From Candidatus Rifleibacteriota bacterium (GTDB lineage Bacteria > Muiribacteriota > Ozemobacteria > Ozemobacterales > Ozemobacteraceae): a stretch of DNA of 64,000 bases. Below, in pieces: positions 25,506 through 34,652 of this stretch. A model generated the notes under the pieces. That model was not told where the DNA came from and ran no database searches. It was given only the letters and a program-made list of their open reading frames with translations. The stretch lies in the NCBI GenBank assembly GCA_024710355.1, contig JANJUX010000055.1, positions 34,248-98,247 of the forward strand. Reading direction: 5' to 3'. The first letter of the stretch is position 1. Each line of letters begins with the position of its first letter. Both the position numbers and the translations under genes were made by a program.

Positions 25506-26528
25506 ATGAATGAAATAATTACCAGTGATTTTCCGGATCGCGCGGCTGCAGATAAGGATAAAAAGGTCCAAAGAACCTGTTTTTCGCACCTCTGGAGCTT
25601 TTTCTGCTCGTCCACCTTTCTGATTACCGGTATCGGCTTTGCGATAGCTCTGGCGCTTCTCGGTGCAACCCGCAGCTATGGGCTGGCTTCCGGGTTTGCC
25701 TTTATTTATGCCTTTTTCTGGCAGCGGCGCGCTACCCGCCAGGGCTGTTTCATGCCGGTCTTCATTTTCATGGCATTCTTCACCTGGCAGTTGCTGGTGG
25801 TTGGGGCGTTGGTCTATAACACCGGTCTTTACCGGCAGATCGACTTTGTACAGCTGCGCAACGACCTGAAGCGTGAGGCTCCCGAACTCTATGAGTTTGG
25901 TGAAAAAATTGTCAAAAACCTCGGCATCGACGTACAGGGCATGATGACCAATGTGGTTGACGCAGCCCGGAATGCCGTGGCAGAGTTCACCCGCGACCCC
26001 GAAGAAAAACGCCTGATCGAGCTTGAGCATGCTTTTCAGGAAAATCCCGGCAGTGTTTCTGCTGTCATGGCGCTTGCCGAAGCCTACGCCGCCCGATCGG
26101 ATCTTGCGTCAGTAAAGCTGGCGACAGCCCTTTACGAGGCTCTCGTCGAGGTCGAAGCGAACGATACCTGTCTGGCGGCCCTCGCAGATTGTTACGCCCG
26201 GCTGCTGCGGCCAGATATGGCCTTTACAACTGCGGCCCGCCGCGCCTGGCTCCCGCAGGCGCCGCTTGACCGGGTCGCCCGTCAGCTCGCTCTGCTGGCA
26301 ATAACCGCCAATGATCTGCCGCGCGGTATATTTGAACTGGAAAAGCTGCTGCTGGCGCCGACGGCCGAAGAGCCGGAAATCAAGCTGCTGCTGGCTGGCC
26401 TGAATCATGATTTGGGCAATGACGAAAGAGCCATGCTGCTGCTGAATGAAATAATCGCTGAAGTGCCGGCCGGGTTTGCAACCGCTCAGCAGGCGACAAA
26501 GCTGCAGCAGATATGGCAGGCGAAATAA
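25506..26528 (+). CDS. Membrane-anchored TPR-like protein
   Basis: About 3 N-terminal TM helices, then helical repeats (ALAEAYAA, ALADCYARL, LLLAGLNHDLGNDERAMLLL). Confidence 0.7.
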   Translation: MNEIITSDFPDRAAADKDKKVQRTCFSHLWSFFCSSTFLITGIGFAIALALLGATRSYGLASGFAFIYAFFWQRRATRQGCFMPVFIFMAFFTWQLLVVGALVYNTGLYRQIDFVQLRNDLKREAPELYEFGEKIVKNLGIDVQGMMTNVVDAARNAVAEFTRDPEEKRLIELEHAFQENPGSVSAVMALAEAYAARSDLASVKLATALYEALVEVEANDTCLAALADCYARLLRPDMAFTTAARRAWLPQAPLDRVARQLALLAITANDLPRGIFELEKLLLAPTAEEPEIKLLLAGLNHDLGNDERAMLLLNEIIAEVPAGFATAQQATKLQQIWQAK

Positions 26529-26529
26529 C

Positions 26530-29500
26530 ATGAAAAAAACTTCGAAAAAAATTATCGCAGCTTCACTGTTTCCTCTGTTTATGGCTTTTTCGCCGCTGCT
26601 GGCAGAAATTATCAGCAATGATGAGCTGATTGCAAGCGCCATGGCTGTGGCAGAGGGCAGGGCCACTCCGCGCCAGCAGGCGATTGCCTTTTCCTGCAAT
26701 GACCGGATCAACAATCTGGCCCTGACCGGCAAAATCAGTAACAGTGTCTATCAGACCAACCAGCAGGCTTTTGTCGAAAAAAATGACGAGCTGATCCGCC
26801 AGGCCGCAGATAAAAGCGGCATGACAATTGCCTCGCCCAAAAAGCAGAGTAAAGACTACAAGCCCGGAACCGACACCGACCGGCAACTGCTCGGGGCGGG
26901 CCGCGAACTGACGGTTCAGAATGTCAAAGATGCCCGCAATAATTATAATCAGGCGGTGGCTGGCTATCTCAAAGAGGCCGGGCTCAAGGCCGACGGCGGC
27001 ACCAACTGGGCGGCCAGGCTGACGACCGATATTATGCCATCGCCGCATCAGATGAAGCCTGATGCCTTTCGCGAAGCGACCAGTTACATCAATTCAAAGG
27101 GCGGTCTGGCCTATAGCGACCCTGAAGCCGCCAGGCTGCAGCTCGATATCGATGACGAAAAAAAGCTCTCTCTGAGCGCTGCCGAGACTAAAGCCTATCA
27201 TAATGAGATGCAGCACAAAATCAAGGAAATGAGCAATGAAGTCAGGCGCCTGCAGCAGGAAAAGGCCGGCGTTACCGACCCGGACAGGCTCGATAATCTC
27301 GATGCCGAGATCAGAAAGCACACCGCTTTCATGAGCAAATATATTGCTCGTGATAACAAGGTCGCTGACCTTCTGATAAAAGAAACTGAGGCCTTGAGAG
27401 AGCGCCAGAAAAATGCCCGTGATAAACAGGCTGATTCAAGGTTGAACGAAGGCAAATATGAGAGCAATTCTTCGCGTCTGGTTGAAGATTCGCAGCAGCG
27501 CAATGCCTCAAAGCAGGCGATCAGAGGCGAAGCTGCCGTCGATGCCATGAATGAACAGCTGGCGGTCAAGGCGACCCGCCGGGTTAACGACGCCATTGCC
27601 GGTCTGGCAAATGCCGGCGATAAAAGCACTCAGGCCGGCGAAATAATCGCCGCAAATCTGAAGAAGCTCCCGGCTGCCAGACAGTCACAGGCCATTGCCG
27701 ACCTCGAGGTAAAATACGGCTCTGAAATGGCAAAAAGCGTGGCCGGTGCGCTGAAAAAACAGCAGCCGACAAAATCAACCGCAGGTGATCTTCCCGGCTC
27801 CGGTCGAAAGCAGAGCATCTGCGCCGGCCTCGGGCTGGTCAATACCGCCCTGAACGTGCGCAATCAGTATGCTGAAGGCAAAAGCACCACCGAAATTCTC
27901 TGGAACATGTCTTTTGCCGGCGACCTCGAAACAGTCAGCCGCGAAACCTCAGACTATACCAGCCGCGAAATCGAGCGGCTCCGGCAGAAATACCGTGCCG
28001 CCGGGGAAGACCCCGAATCGACAGCCACAAAGCTGAAAATTCTGGCCGAGGCTTCGCTGAAGGGCACGCTTCACGGTTCGCTGACCGGCAGCTACGAACT
28101 GTTTAAATCTGCTTCAAAGGGAGTTGCCGGCGCGGCGCTTACTGCCGGCGAATCGGCAATTTTTCTCGTCGGCGAAGCCCTCGATACCGGCAACGTTCTC
28201 GATCAGGCACTGGCCGAAATGAAGGCTCAGAACATGGAGCAGTCAGTGCAAAACGCCAGGGCGGCGCGGTTTGGTCGCCAGGCCGTAGCAGAATTGAAAC
28301 GTCTGGCGGGCGAAGCCGACTATCTTAAATCGGTTCTCGAGCAGAATGCCCGCTCGGCGCGTCTGTTCTGCCGTGATGCCGATGCCCGGCTCGATGAACT
28401 GGCATCTCTGCTGCGTCAGAGCCGCGAGGCGGGCGAAATCGCCAAAGCTGCCAATCTGCCAGAACTCGAAAAAAATCTCATAAAAAAAATCGCAGCCACA
28501 GACAGGGAAATCACAGCCCTGAACCGGCAGGCAGAGAATGCTCTGGCTGTTCTGAAGGGCGGTGAGCCTGCCGTCGCCGAGAAGACCGCAAAAACACTGC
28601 GCGCTGCCGCTGATCAGCACCGGTCTCAGCTTGAATCCATCGGGGCTGAACTCGATAAAATGCTCGGAATTATTTCGGGGCCCGACGATAAGATGCTGCG
28701 TGAGGCAGCCGGAGCCATCAGTGCAAACCTTATCGAGCAGAGCGGCAAGGCGACAGCGAATGCCGAAATCATGCGCAAAAACGAAGCTCAGTATAAAAAG
28801 GTTCTGGCCGCATTCGACAGCCTGAAAAGTCGGGTCGAAGAAGCTGAGAGCTTTTTTGCCGATAAACGGCAGGCGAACGAAGGCGACTGGATGGTGATCA
28901 GGTCTGATATCAGTCGAATCACCCGGCCCGACGGCCGCATGCCCGAAGCCTTTTTTGCTGAAGTCGGTACCCTTGAGCGCCTGCCGGAAAAGATAAAAAG
29001 CGATCTTGCCCGCCTCAAAATGCCGGCCGGCAGTGCTGAAACCGTTGCAGAAAGCCAACCCGAAAACGAAGCGCGGGTGGTGCAGCTGGCTGCATCGCTT
29101 CAAAATGCTACAGATACGCTGAGCCGGGTATATGCGACGATCGAAAAAATCGCCGCCGCCGCCTCGCCGCCGCCAAAGCAGGCTTCTGATGTCAGAATAC
29201 AGGCTCCTCAGAACGCCTTTGCCGGCGAGCCGGTGCAGTTCAGGGCTGAGCTGCCGGTGACGGTTTCTGTTGGCCTCAGCGTCGGTTCGAGCGTCAGACC
29301 GGCTGTCAGATTCGACCCATACGACGGGCATGACCCCGACTCGGCGCACGGCATGCTGGCTCTGAGTGAATACAAACGCGCTTATGAATCCGGCCGGGCC
29401 GAAGAGTATATTGCCGAAAAAACTGGTCAGAAGTCCTCGGGCTCGACTGCGCCGGTGATCGAGTGGTTTTTCGATGACAACAGCGGTGCGGGCAATAACA

Positions 29501-29763
29501 GAGGCAACCCCATCAGCCATGTTTACGCAAACCCGGGCAGATATAATGTTCTGGTAAGGGTTTACGCTGCAGATAACACTTCAACGCCGCTCGCCGTCGG
29601 AAAAACCGTAATCACCATTACCGCCAGAGACCCGCAGGTCAAAACCCAGCCGCCACAGCCGGCCGGCGACAAGCTGTTGCCCTGCGGCCATCGCCCCGGC
29701 GAGTGCCCGAGCCCGAAATCACTCAAGTGCTCACTGCATTCAGGAGAAATCAGTATTCGTTAA
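26530..29763 (+). CDS. Large exported coiled-coil protein with a C-terminal PKD-like domain and Cys/His tail
   Basis: ATG 26530 lies 1 nt after the previous stop; signal peptide. Long helical body. IEWFFDD..NPISHVYANPGRYNVLVRV (PKD). Tail CGHRPGECPSPKSLKCSLH. Confidence 0.75.
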   Translation: MKKTSKKIIAASLFPLFMAFSPLLAEIISNDELIASAMAVAEGRATPRQQAIAFSCNDRINNLALTGKISNSVYQTNQQAFVEKNDELIRQAADKSGMTIASPKKQSKDYKPGTDTDRQLLGAGRELTVQNVKDARNNYNQAVAGYLKEAGLKADGGTNWAARLTTDIMPSPHQMKPDAFREATSYINSKGGLAYSDPEAARLQLDIDDEKKLSLSAAETKAYHNEMQHKIKEMSNEVRRLQQEKAGVTDPDRLDNLDAEIRKHTAFMSKYIARDNKVADLLIKETEALRERQKNARDKQADSRLNEGKYESNSSRLVEDSQQRNASKQAIRGEAAVDAMNEQLAVKATRRVNDAIAGLANAGDKSTQAGEIIAANLKKLPAARQSQAIADLEVKYGSEMAKSVAGALKKQQPTKSTAGDLPGSGRKQSICAGLGLVNTALNVRNQYAEGKSTTEILWNMSFAGDLETVSRETSDYTSREIERLRQKYRAAGEDPESTATKLKILAEASLKGTLHGSLTGSYELFKSASKGVAGAALTAGESAIFLVGEALDTGNVLDQALAEMKAQNMEQSVQNARAARFGRQAVAELKRLAGEADYLKSVLEQNARSARLFCRDADARLDELASLLRQSREAGEIAKAANLPELEKNLIKKIAATDREITALNRQAENALAVLKGGEPAVAEKTAKTLRAAADQHRSQLESIGAELDKMLGIISGPDDKMLREAAGAISANLIEQSGKATANAEIMRKNEAQYKKVLAAFDSLKSRVEEAESFFADKRQANEGDWMVIRSDISRITRPDGRMPEAFFAEVGTLERLPEKIKSDLARLKMPAGSAETVAESQPENEARVVQLAASLQNATDTLSRVYATIEKIAAAASPPPKQASDVRIQAPQNAFAGEPVQFRAELPVTVSVGLSVGSSVRPAVRFDPYDGHDPDSAHGMLALSEYKRAYESGRAEEYIAEKTGQKSSGSTAPVIEWFFDDNSGAGNNRGNPISHVYANPGRYNVLVRVYAADNTSTPLAVGKTVITITARDPQVKTQPPQPAGDKLLPCGHRPGECPSPKSLKCSLHSGEISIR

Positions 29764-29796
29764 CGCGGTGACAGTCAGACAAAATTCTGCAATGGC

Positions 29797-32175
29797 CTAG
29801 CTGCCGGGTAAGGCTTTGCTTTTTGCGGTTTTTTCAAGTTTCTGGCGGTTTTCGGCTTTTCTCAGAGCCATGTTGAGCTCGGTCTTTGTGTAACCGAACT
29901 TTTTCATCAGAGTGTCGAGGTACTGCTGCTCTTCGGGCGAAACTTCGCCATCGGCCATGGCCATGCTGACCGCGGCTTCGAAGAGTTCCATGGCTTCTTT
30001 GCGGGTTTCGGGTTCCGGTATATAAAGCTCGCCCTGGCGCATCGACTCAACTATGCCATTGAGCATGTATTCAGGCATTGCGAAGCGGGCAGCGAAATTT
30101 TTAAGCAGGTTCATCTCGGCCGGGTCGATCTTGCCGTCGGCAAGCAGCATCTTTGCCGCCATCGATACCATGTCGCGGCCCGATCTGACGTTCTTTTGCT
30201 CAGCCTGTTCTCTCTTGACCTCTATGACTACCTTTTCCATCAACTGCTTTTTGCGGGCAATGATGTCGATGTATTCCTGGCTCTTTTCGTTGATGGTCTT
30301 TTCAAGAATCCACTCGGTGCCGTCATTGAGAATGGTATTGCAGTAATTACAGCTGATCGCGAAGTTCGAGGTCAGCGGGCCGCCGCACTTGCGGCAGTGA
30401 GCACTGCTGAGAGTATTGTTAATGTTGGTCTTCATGCCTTTCTGGCGCACGAGAACCAGAACATCGCGTCGCGGCCGGCTGAAACGGTGCAGCGCCGGTT
30501 CGCGGCCTTCGGGCGTAATTTCGACCGGTATGCCGCTCCAGACCAGCAGTACGTAAAGGCGTTCGACCTTGTCGCTGAAGGTGATCGCCTTGAGGGTTGC
30601 CGAAGCGAATGAGACGTTTTCCATGTATGAGTAGTTTTTTACGCCTTTGAGGCCAAAGCTGAAGAATTCGCAGGCCTTTTCGGTGGCGAAGCGCAGCAGT
30701 GGTTCCATGATGCGCTTGCGCTCGACCAGTCTGAGCATCCAGAAAATGACCGCCGAACGGTCTTCGACCTGCTGAATCGTGAAGCCAGGGTCTGAGGCGG
30801 CGAGATCGTTCCAGCCCGGTACCAGGCGCGGGTTGGCGTATTCCCACTCGCAGGCCTGTGTGATCTGCGAGAGCACCCAGTCGTAATGCCCCGAGCGAAT
30901 GAACGATGAACAGACGGGGCAGACGGTGGCCTGGCCGATTTCGATCGGGTTGCCGCAGTTCGGGCAGCTGCCTTCGAGCAGACCGGGTTTCTGCAGAGTT
31001 TTGGCCGAGGGGCGGCGAATGAACGACCAGAATTCACTGATCGCCTGGTTCTGGTTTTCGGCGTTGAGAGTCTCGCCGGTGACAATGTCAATCGCGGTCT
31101 CGACCGCTTCGGCAGTTACCAGAACGTGCACCTCGTCGAAGCTGCCGTCAGAGGTGACACGGGCCATCTGGACCGTCTGAATCTTAACTTCGGGGCAGCT
31201 GAACTTGACGCCGGCTTCTTTCTGCTCTTCGATACGGCAGCGAAACTGCTCGTAAAGGGCGTCAGAAACCATCGCCTGAATCGTTTCGATCTTGTGGTCG
31301 TAACAGGCCTGATGAATTTTTTCGAAGGCGACGCAGAACTTGTCGATGAAAGCTTCCGGGCTGAATTTCGGGTCGCGCTGTTTGATAGCCGCAATTGCCC
31401 GCTTCATCTCGCTTTTTTCCTGAATTTCGAGCATTGAAGAAAGAAGGCCGCGCGGCCGATTGGTCGGCTGCAGAGGCTCTTCTTCGGCATCCGTGATTCC
31501 GAGGCTGGCTTCTTTTACCTTTGACCAGCTGTCGGCCAGAGCCTCGATTTCGGGGCCGATAATCGACCAGAGGTCCTTTTTCAGCAGGTTGGTGGCTGGC
31601 GCGGTTTTTTTCTGCTGCGTGCTGCTCAGGCGCGAAAGAATTCTGACTTCGCGGCCGGCGTAGCGACTCTGCAGGGCATTGTTGGCTCTGATGGCAAACA
31701 GATGGCACATCGGCAGCATCAGAATGAAAGTGGCCGGTTTCTGCAGAAAATACCAGCTGCCGGCGATCAGCATAAGGCCGATAATTGTCAGAACACCGTT
31801 TCCGATACGATTCTGGTGCCAGAAAAAGACCGGCGTTACAAAGGCCGGTAATATTACCAGCGACTCGAACGGCGCGATGAAAAAGTAAAAAAAGCAGAAG
31901 AATAACGAAGCGCCGTAAGCCAGATAGACTACCGGTTCGAGCCGTTCTATCGCCCTGACGATTATGAAGCCGATGATGAGAAAAAAACAAAGAAATGAAA
32001 CGTCGGGCGAAAAATAATGTGCATACGACTGCGGCGGCCCTTTCAGTTCAAACACAGAAACCATGGTTGGCACGACGAACTCGTCGGTGATCGGCTCGAA
32101 ATAATAGGCCATGATTGCCGCCATAGTAAGTGTTATGACAAAAAACACATAAAATGATTCTTTTTCTATTTTCAT
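29797..32175 (-). CDS. Membrane protein with tandem Tim44-like domains, zinc ribbons and TerB-like C-terminus
   Basis: N-terminal TMs. IKQRDPKFSPEAFI...EFWSFIR (Tim44). CPNCG..CPVC and CRKCGG..CNYC ribbons. LADGKIDPAE and MADGEVSPEEQ (TerB-like). Confidence 0.85.
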   Translation of the reverse strand: MKIEKESFYVFFVITLTMAAIMAYYFEPITDEFVVPTMVSVFELKGPPQSYAHYFSPDVSFLCFFLIIGFIIVRAIERLEPVVYLAYGASLFFCFFYFFIAPFESLVILPAFVTPVFFWHQNRIGNGVLTIIGLMLIAGSWYFLQKPATFILMLPMCHLFAIRANNALQSRYAGREVRILSRLSSTQQKKTAPATNLLKKDLWSIIGPEIEALADSWSKVKEASLGITDAEEEPLQPTNRPRGLLSSMLEIQEKSEMKRAIAAIKQRDPKFSPEAFIDKFCVAFEKIHQACYDHKIETIQAMVSDALYEQFRCRIEEQKEAGVKFSCPEVKIQTVQMARVTSDGSFDEVHVLVTAEAVETAIDIVTGETLNAENQNQAISEFWSFIRRPSAKTLQKPGLLEGSCPNCGNPIEIGQATVCPVCSSFIRSGHYDWVLSQITQACEWEYANPRLVPGWNDLAASDPGFTIQQVEDRSAVIFWMLRLVERKRIMEPLLRFATEKACEFFSFGLKGVKNYSYMENVSFASATLKAITFSDKVERLYVLLVWSGIPVEITPEGREPALHRFSRPRRDVLVLVRQKGMKTNINNTLSSAHCRKCGGPLTSNFAISCNYCNTILNDGTEWILEKTINEKSQEYIDIIARKKQLMEKVVIEVKREQAEQKNVRSGRDMVSMAAKMLLADGKIDPAEMNLLKNFAARFAMPEYMLNGIVESMRQGELYIPEPETRKEAMELFEAAVSMAMADGEVSPEEQQYLDTLMKKFGYTKTELNMALRKAENRQKLEKTAKSKALPGS

Positions 32176-32204
32176 GGCGCTGTTCCTGTCGTGTCGTTGT
32201 TAGT

Positions 32205-34502
32205 TCACTGTGAGCCCTTTGTGGCAATAAACGGGCGAATCAGTTTGCGAATCTGGTCTATCTGAACCGGCTTGAAAATGCAGTCATCCATTCCGGCTTT
32301 GAGGCACAGATCTTTATCCTGCTCAACCGCATTGGCTGTCAGCGCCACAATTACCAGGCGATGCCCGTTTCTGGCTTCGATTTTTCTGATTTCCGAAGCA
32401 GCCTGGTAGCCATCCATCTCCGGCATGAAGCAGTCGAGGATAATCAGGTCGTAGTTTTTGTCGCCTGCCATTTTAACAGCTTCGCCGCCATTGGTGGCAG
32501 TATCGGGTTCAAAGCCAAGCTGCCTGAAAAGCAGACAGATAACCTTCAGATTGATGGGCACATCGTCAGCCACGAGAATTGCCAGATCTGGTTTTTCACC
32601 GGCAGATCTGTTGTTTTTTCTCGCTGTTTCAAGTGCCGCCGCGGTTTCTTTTTCAGAATTCCGGGCAGCGGCTTCGGATTGCTCCGCAATCGCAAGCGGC
32701 AGAGTGAACCAGAAACAGGAGCCTTTGTCCGGATGACTTTCGACGCCGCATTCGCCACCGATGATTTCTGTAAGACTTTTGGCGATCGACAGGCCGAGGC
32801 CGGTCCCTTCCGCTTTTCTGGCCGAACTCATTGCAAGCTGGGAAAATTTTCTGAACAGCTGTGGTTGTTTTTCTGCAGGAATCCCGATGCCGGTGTCCTT
32901 AACGCTCAGTTTCAGCAGGGCTTTCGCTTCAGTCTTTTCAAGGCATTCCACCTCGACCGTGACGCCGCCCTCACGTGTGAATTTAATGGCGTTACTCATG
33001 AGATTCAGAAGAATCTGGCGAATCCGGATGGGATCAGAGACGAAAAATCTCGGAATCTCTCCGGGATAATTGCTTTTCAGAAAGATTCCCTTGCTTTCAG
33101 CACCCAGCAGGAGCAGCTTGCGGCAATCATCGAGCAGTGTCTCAAGCGAAAAACATTCGGATTTGAGAGACATCTGGCCCGCTTCAATTTTAGAAAAATC
33201 AAGAATATCATTGATCAGATCGAGAAGAATGGTCGCCGACGAATGAATAATCCGCAGGTATTCACGCTTTTCTTCTTCGGTCTCGGTTTCGAGCAGCAGA
33301 CTCACCATGCCGAGCACACCGTTCATCGGCGTTCTGATCTCGTGGCTCATCGACGCCAGAAAATCACTTTTGGCGACATTGGCCGCTTCGGCCGACTCTT
33401 TGGCCTGCAAAATCTCTTTTTCTGCCCTGATGCGTTCGCACATGCGCCAGGATGACTGCAGCAGCAGGGTCAGCTGCAGTATATCAGTCTGGTTGTATTC
33501 GGTTTTTTTGTCTGCAACGCCGACAACGCAGACGATCTGGTCATTGTCAAAAATCGGCAATGTCAAAAAGCGGCTGATATGCACATGCCCCTTGGGATAC
33601 CCCTTTTTCAAAGGGTTTTGCGCCGCAAAGTCATTGACAATGATTGGTTGCCGCTGTCTGACCGCTTCGCCCCAGATTCCGGTTTTATCGAGTTCATAGC
33701 AGGTCTGGGGGTTAATGATCGAGCATTCTTTCATGACGTCTTTTGACCAGGAATTAAGTATGAATTCCCGCTTCTGTTCGTTATAAAAGTAAATGTAGCC
33801 AATGCGGCTGCCGGTCAGCTTTACCGCCTCGTCAAGCGTAAAGTCCATGAGATTCTGAATGTTGCGGTCAGCAAACTGGGAAACCCTCAACAGGCTGCTC
33901 AGACGTTCGTGATTCACTTTAAGGTCCATTTCGATGTTTTTGCGCTCGGTAACATCGAAGCAGTAGCCAATATAACCGGCAAAATTGCCTGCAAGGTCGA
34001 TGAACGGGCAGCCGATATCAAGGTTCCAACGATATTCACCGTCATGGCGCCGCAGTCGGTATTCCATCTCAAAGAACTCGCGTTTTTTGAAGGCGGTCAG
34101 CCAGATTTCGACGCAGCGGTCAAAATCTTCCGGGTGTACGCCGCTGGCCCAGCCGTTTCCCATTTCCTGATCCATTGTGCGGCCGGTGAATTTCAGCCAG
34201 GTTTCGTTGAACCAGTCACACATGGCAGAGGTGTCTGAACGCCAGATAAGCGCCGGTGCCTTCGCCAGAATGTCGAGGTAATGCGGCCGGTTTTTATCCA
34301 GCAGATTCTGGGCCCTGGCCTGTTCTTCCATTTCTGCCGTCAGCTCGCAGGTTCGGCATTTTTCTTTGTGTTTCAGTTCTTCATTGCCTGCCTGAAGCTT
34401 TTCGGTGGTGATCCGCAGGTTTTCTCGGGTCGATTGCAGCTCAAGCTCAAGATTCTTTATATGCTGGCGCAGATGCGCGATCGAGTTCAGGTCTGCTGTC
34501 AT
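32205..34502 (-). CDS. Hybrid sensor histidine kinase (PAS-GAF-HisKA-HATPase-REC)
   Basis: VHPED PAS, GIWGEAVRQRQPII GAF, FLASMSHEIRTPMNG, NLMSNAIKFT, DTGIG, GTGLGL, receiver LILDCFMPEMDG. Confidence 0.95.
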   Translation of the reverse strand: MTADLNSIAHLRQHIKNLELELQSTRENLRITTEKLQAGNEELKHKEKCRTCELTAEMEEQARAQNLLDKNRPHYLDILAKAPALIWRSDTSAMCDWFNETWLKFTGRTMDQEMGNGWASGVHPEDFDRCVEIWLTAFKKREFFEMEYRLRRHDGEYRWNLDIGCPFIDLAGNFAGYIGYCFDVTERKNIEMDLKVNHERLSSLLRVSQFADRNIQNLMDFTLDEAVKLTGSRIGYIYFYNEQKREFILNSWSKDVMKECSIINPQTCYELDKTGIWGEAVRQRQPIIVNDFAAQNPLKKGYPKGHVHISRFLTLPIFDNDQIVCVVGVADKKTEYNQTDILQLTLLLQSSWRMCERIRAEKEILQAKESAEAANVAKSDFLASMSHEIRTPMNGVLGMVSLLLETETEEEKREYLRIIHSSATILLDLINDILDFSKIEAGQMSLKSECFSLETLLDDCRKLLLLGAESKGIFLKSNYPGEIPRFFVSDPIRIRQILLNLMSNAIKFTREGGVTVEVECLEKTEAKALLKLSVKDTGIGIPAEKQPQLFRKFSQLAMSSARKAEGTGLGLSIAKSLTEIIGGECGVESHPDKGSCFWFTLPLAIAEQSEAAARNSEKETAAALETARKNNRSAGEKPDLAILVADDVPINLKVICLLFRQLGFEPDTATNGGEAVKMAGDKNYDLIILDCFMPEMDGYQAASEIRKIEARNGHRLVIVALTANAVEQDKDLCLKAGMDDCIFKPVQIDQIRKLIRPFIATKGSQ

Positions 34503-34652
34503 AATATTGAGACCAACCTTTCAAAAGCTTTCGGTGACGCGTTATCTCTGCTTTTATATGTTGAATTATAACACGTCCCAAAGTTTTTGTTTGCCGGCAT
34601 GTTTTGTTAAAATTTGTTACACTTGGCATGCCCACACATGCAGGAAAAACAA

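Noticed and set aside
28243..29520. 425-aa minus-strand ORF
   Set aside because: Lies entirely within the 26530-29763 gene on the opposite strand and has no recognisable domain.
32361..33455. 364-aa plus-strand ORF
   Set aside because: Antisense to the conserved kinase core; a shadow ORF.
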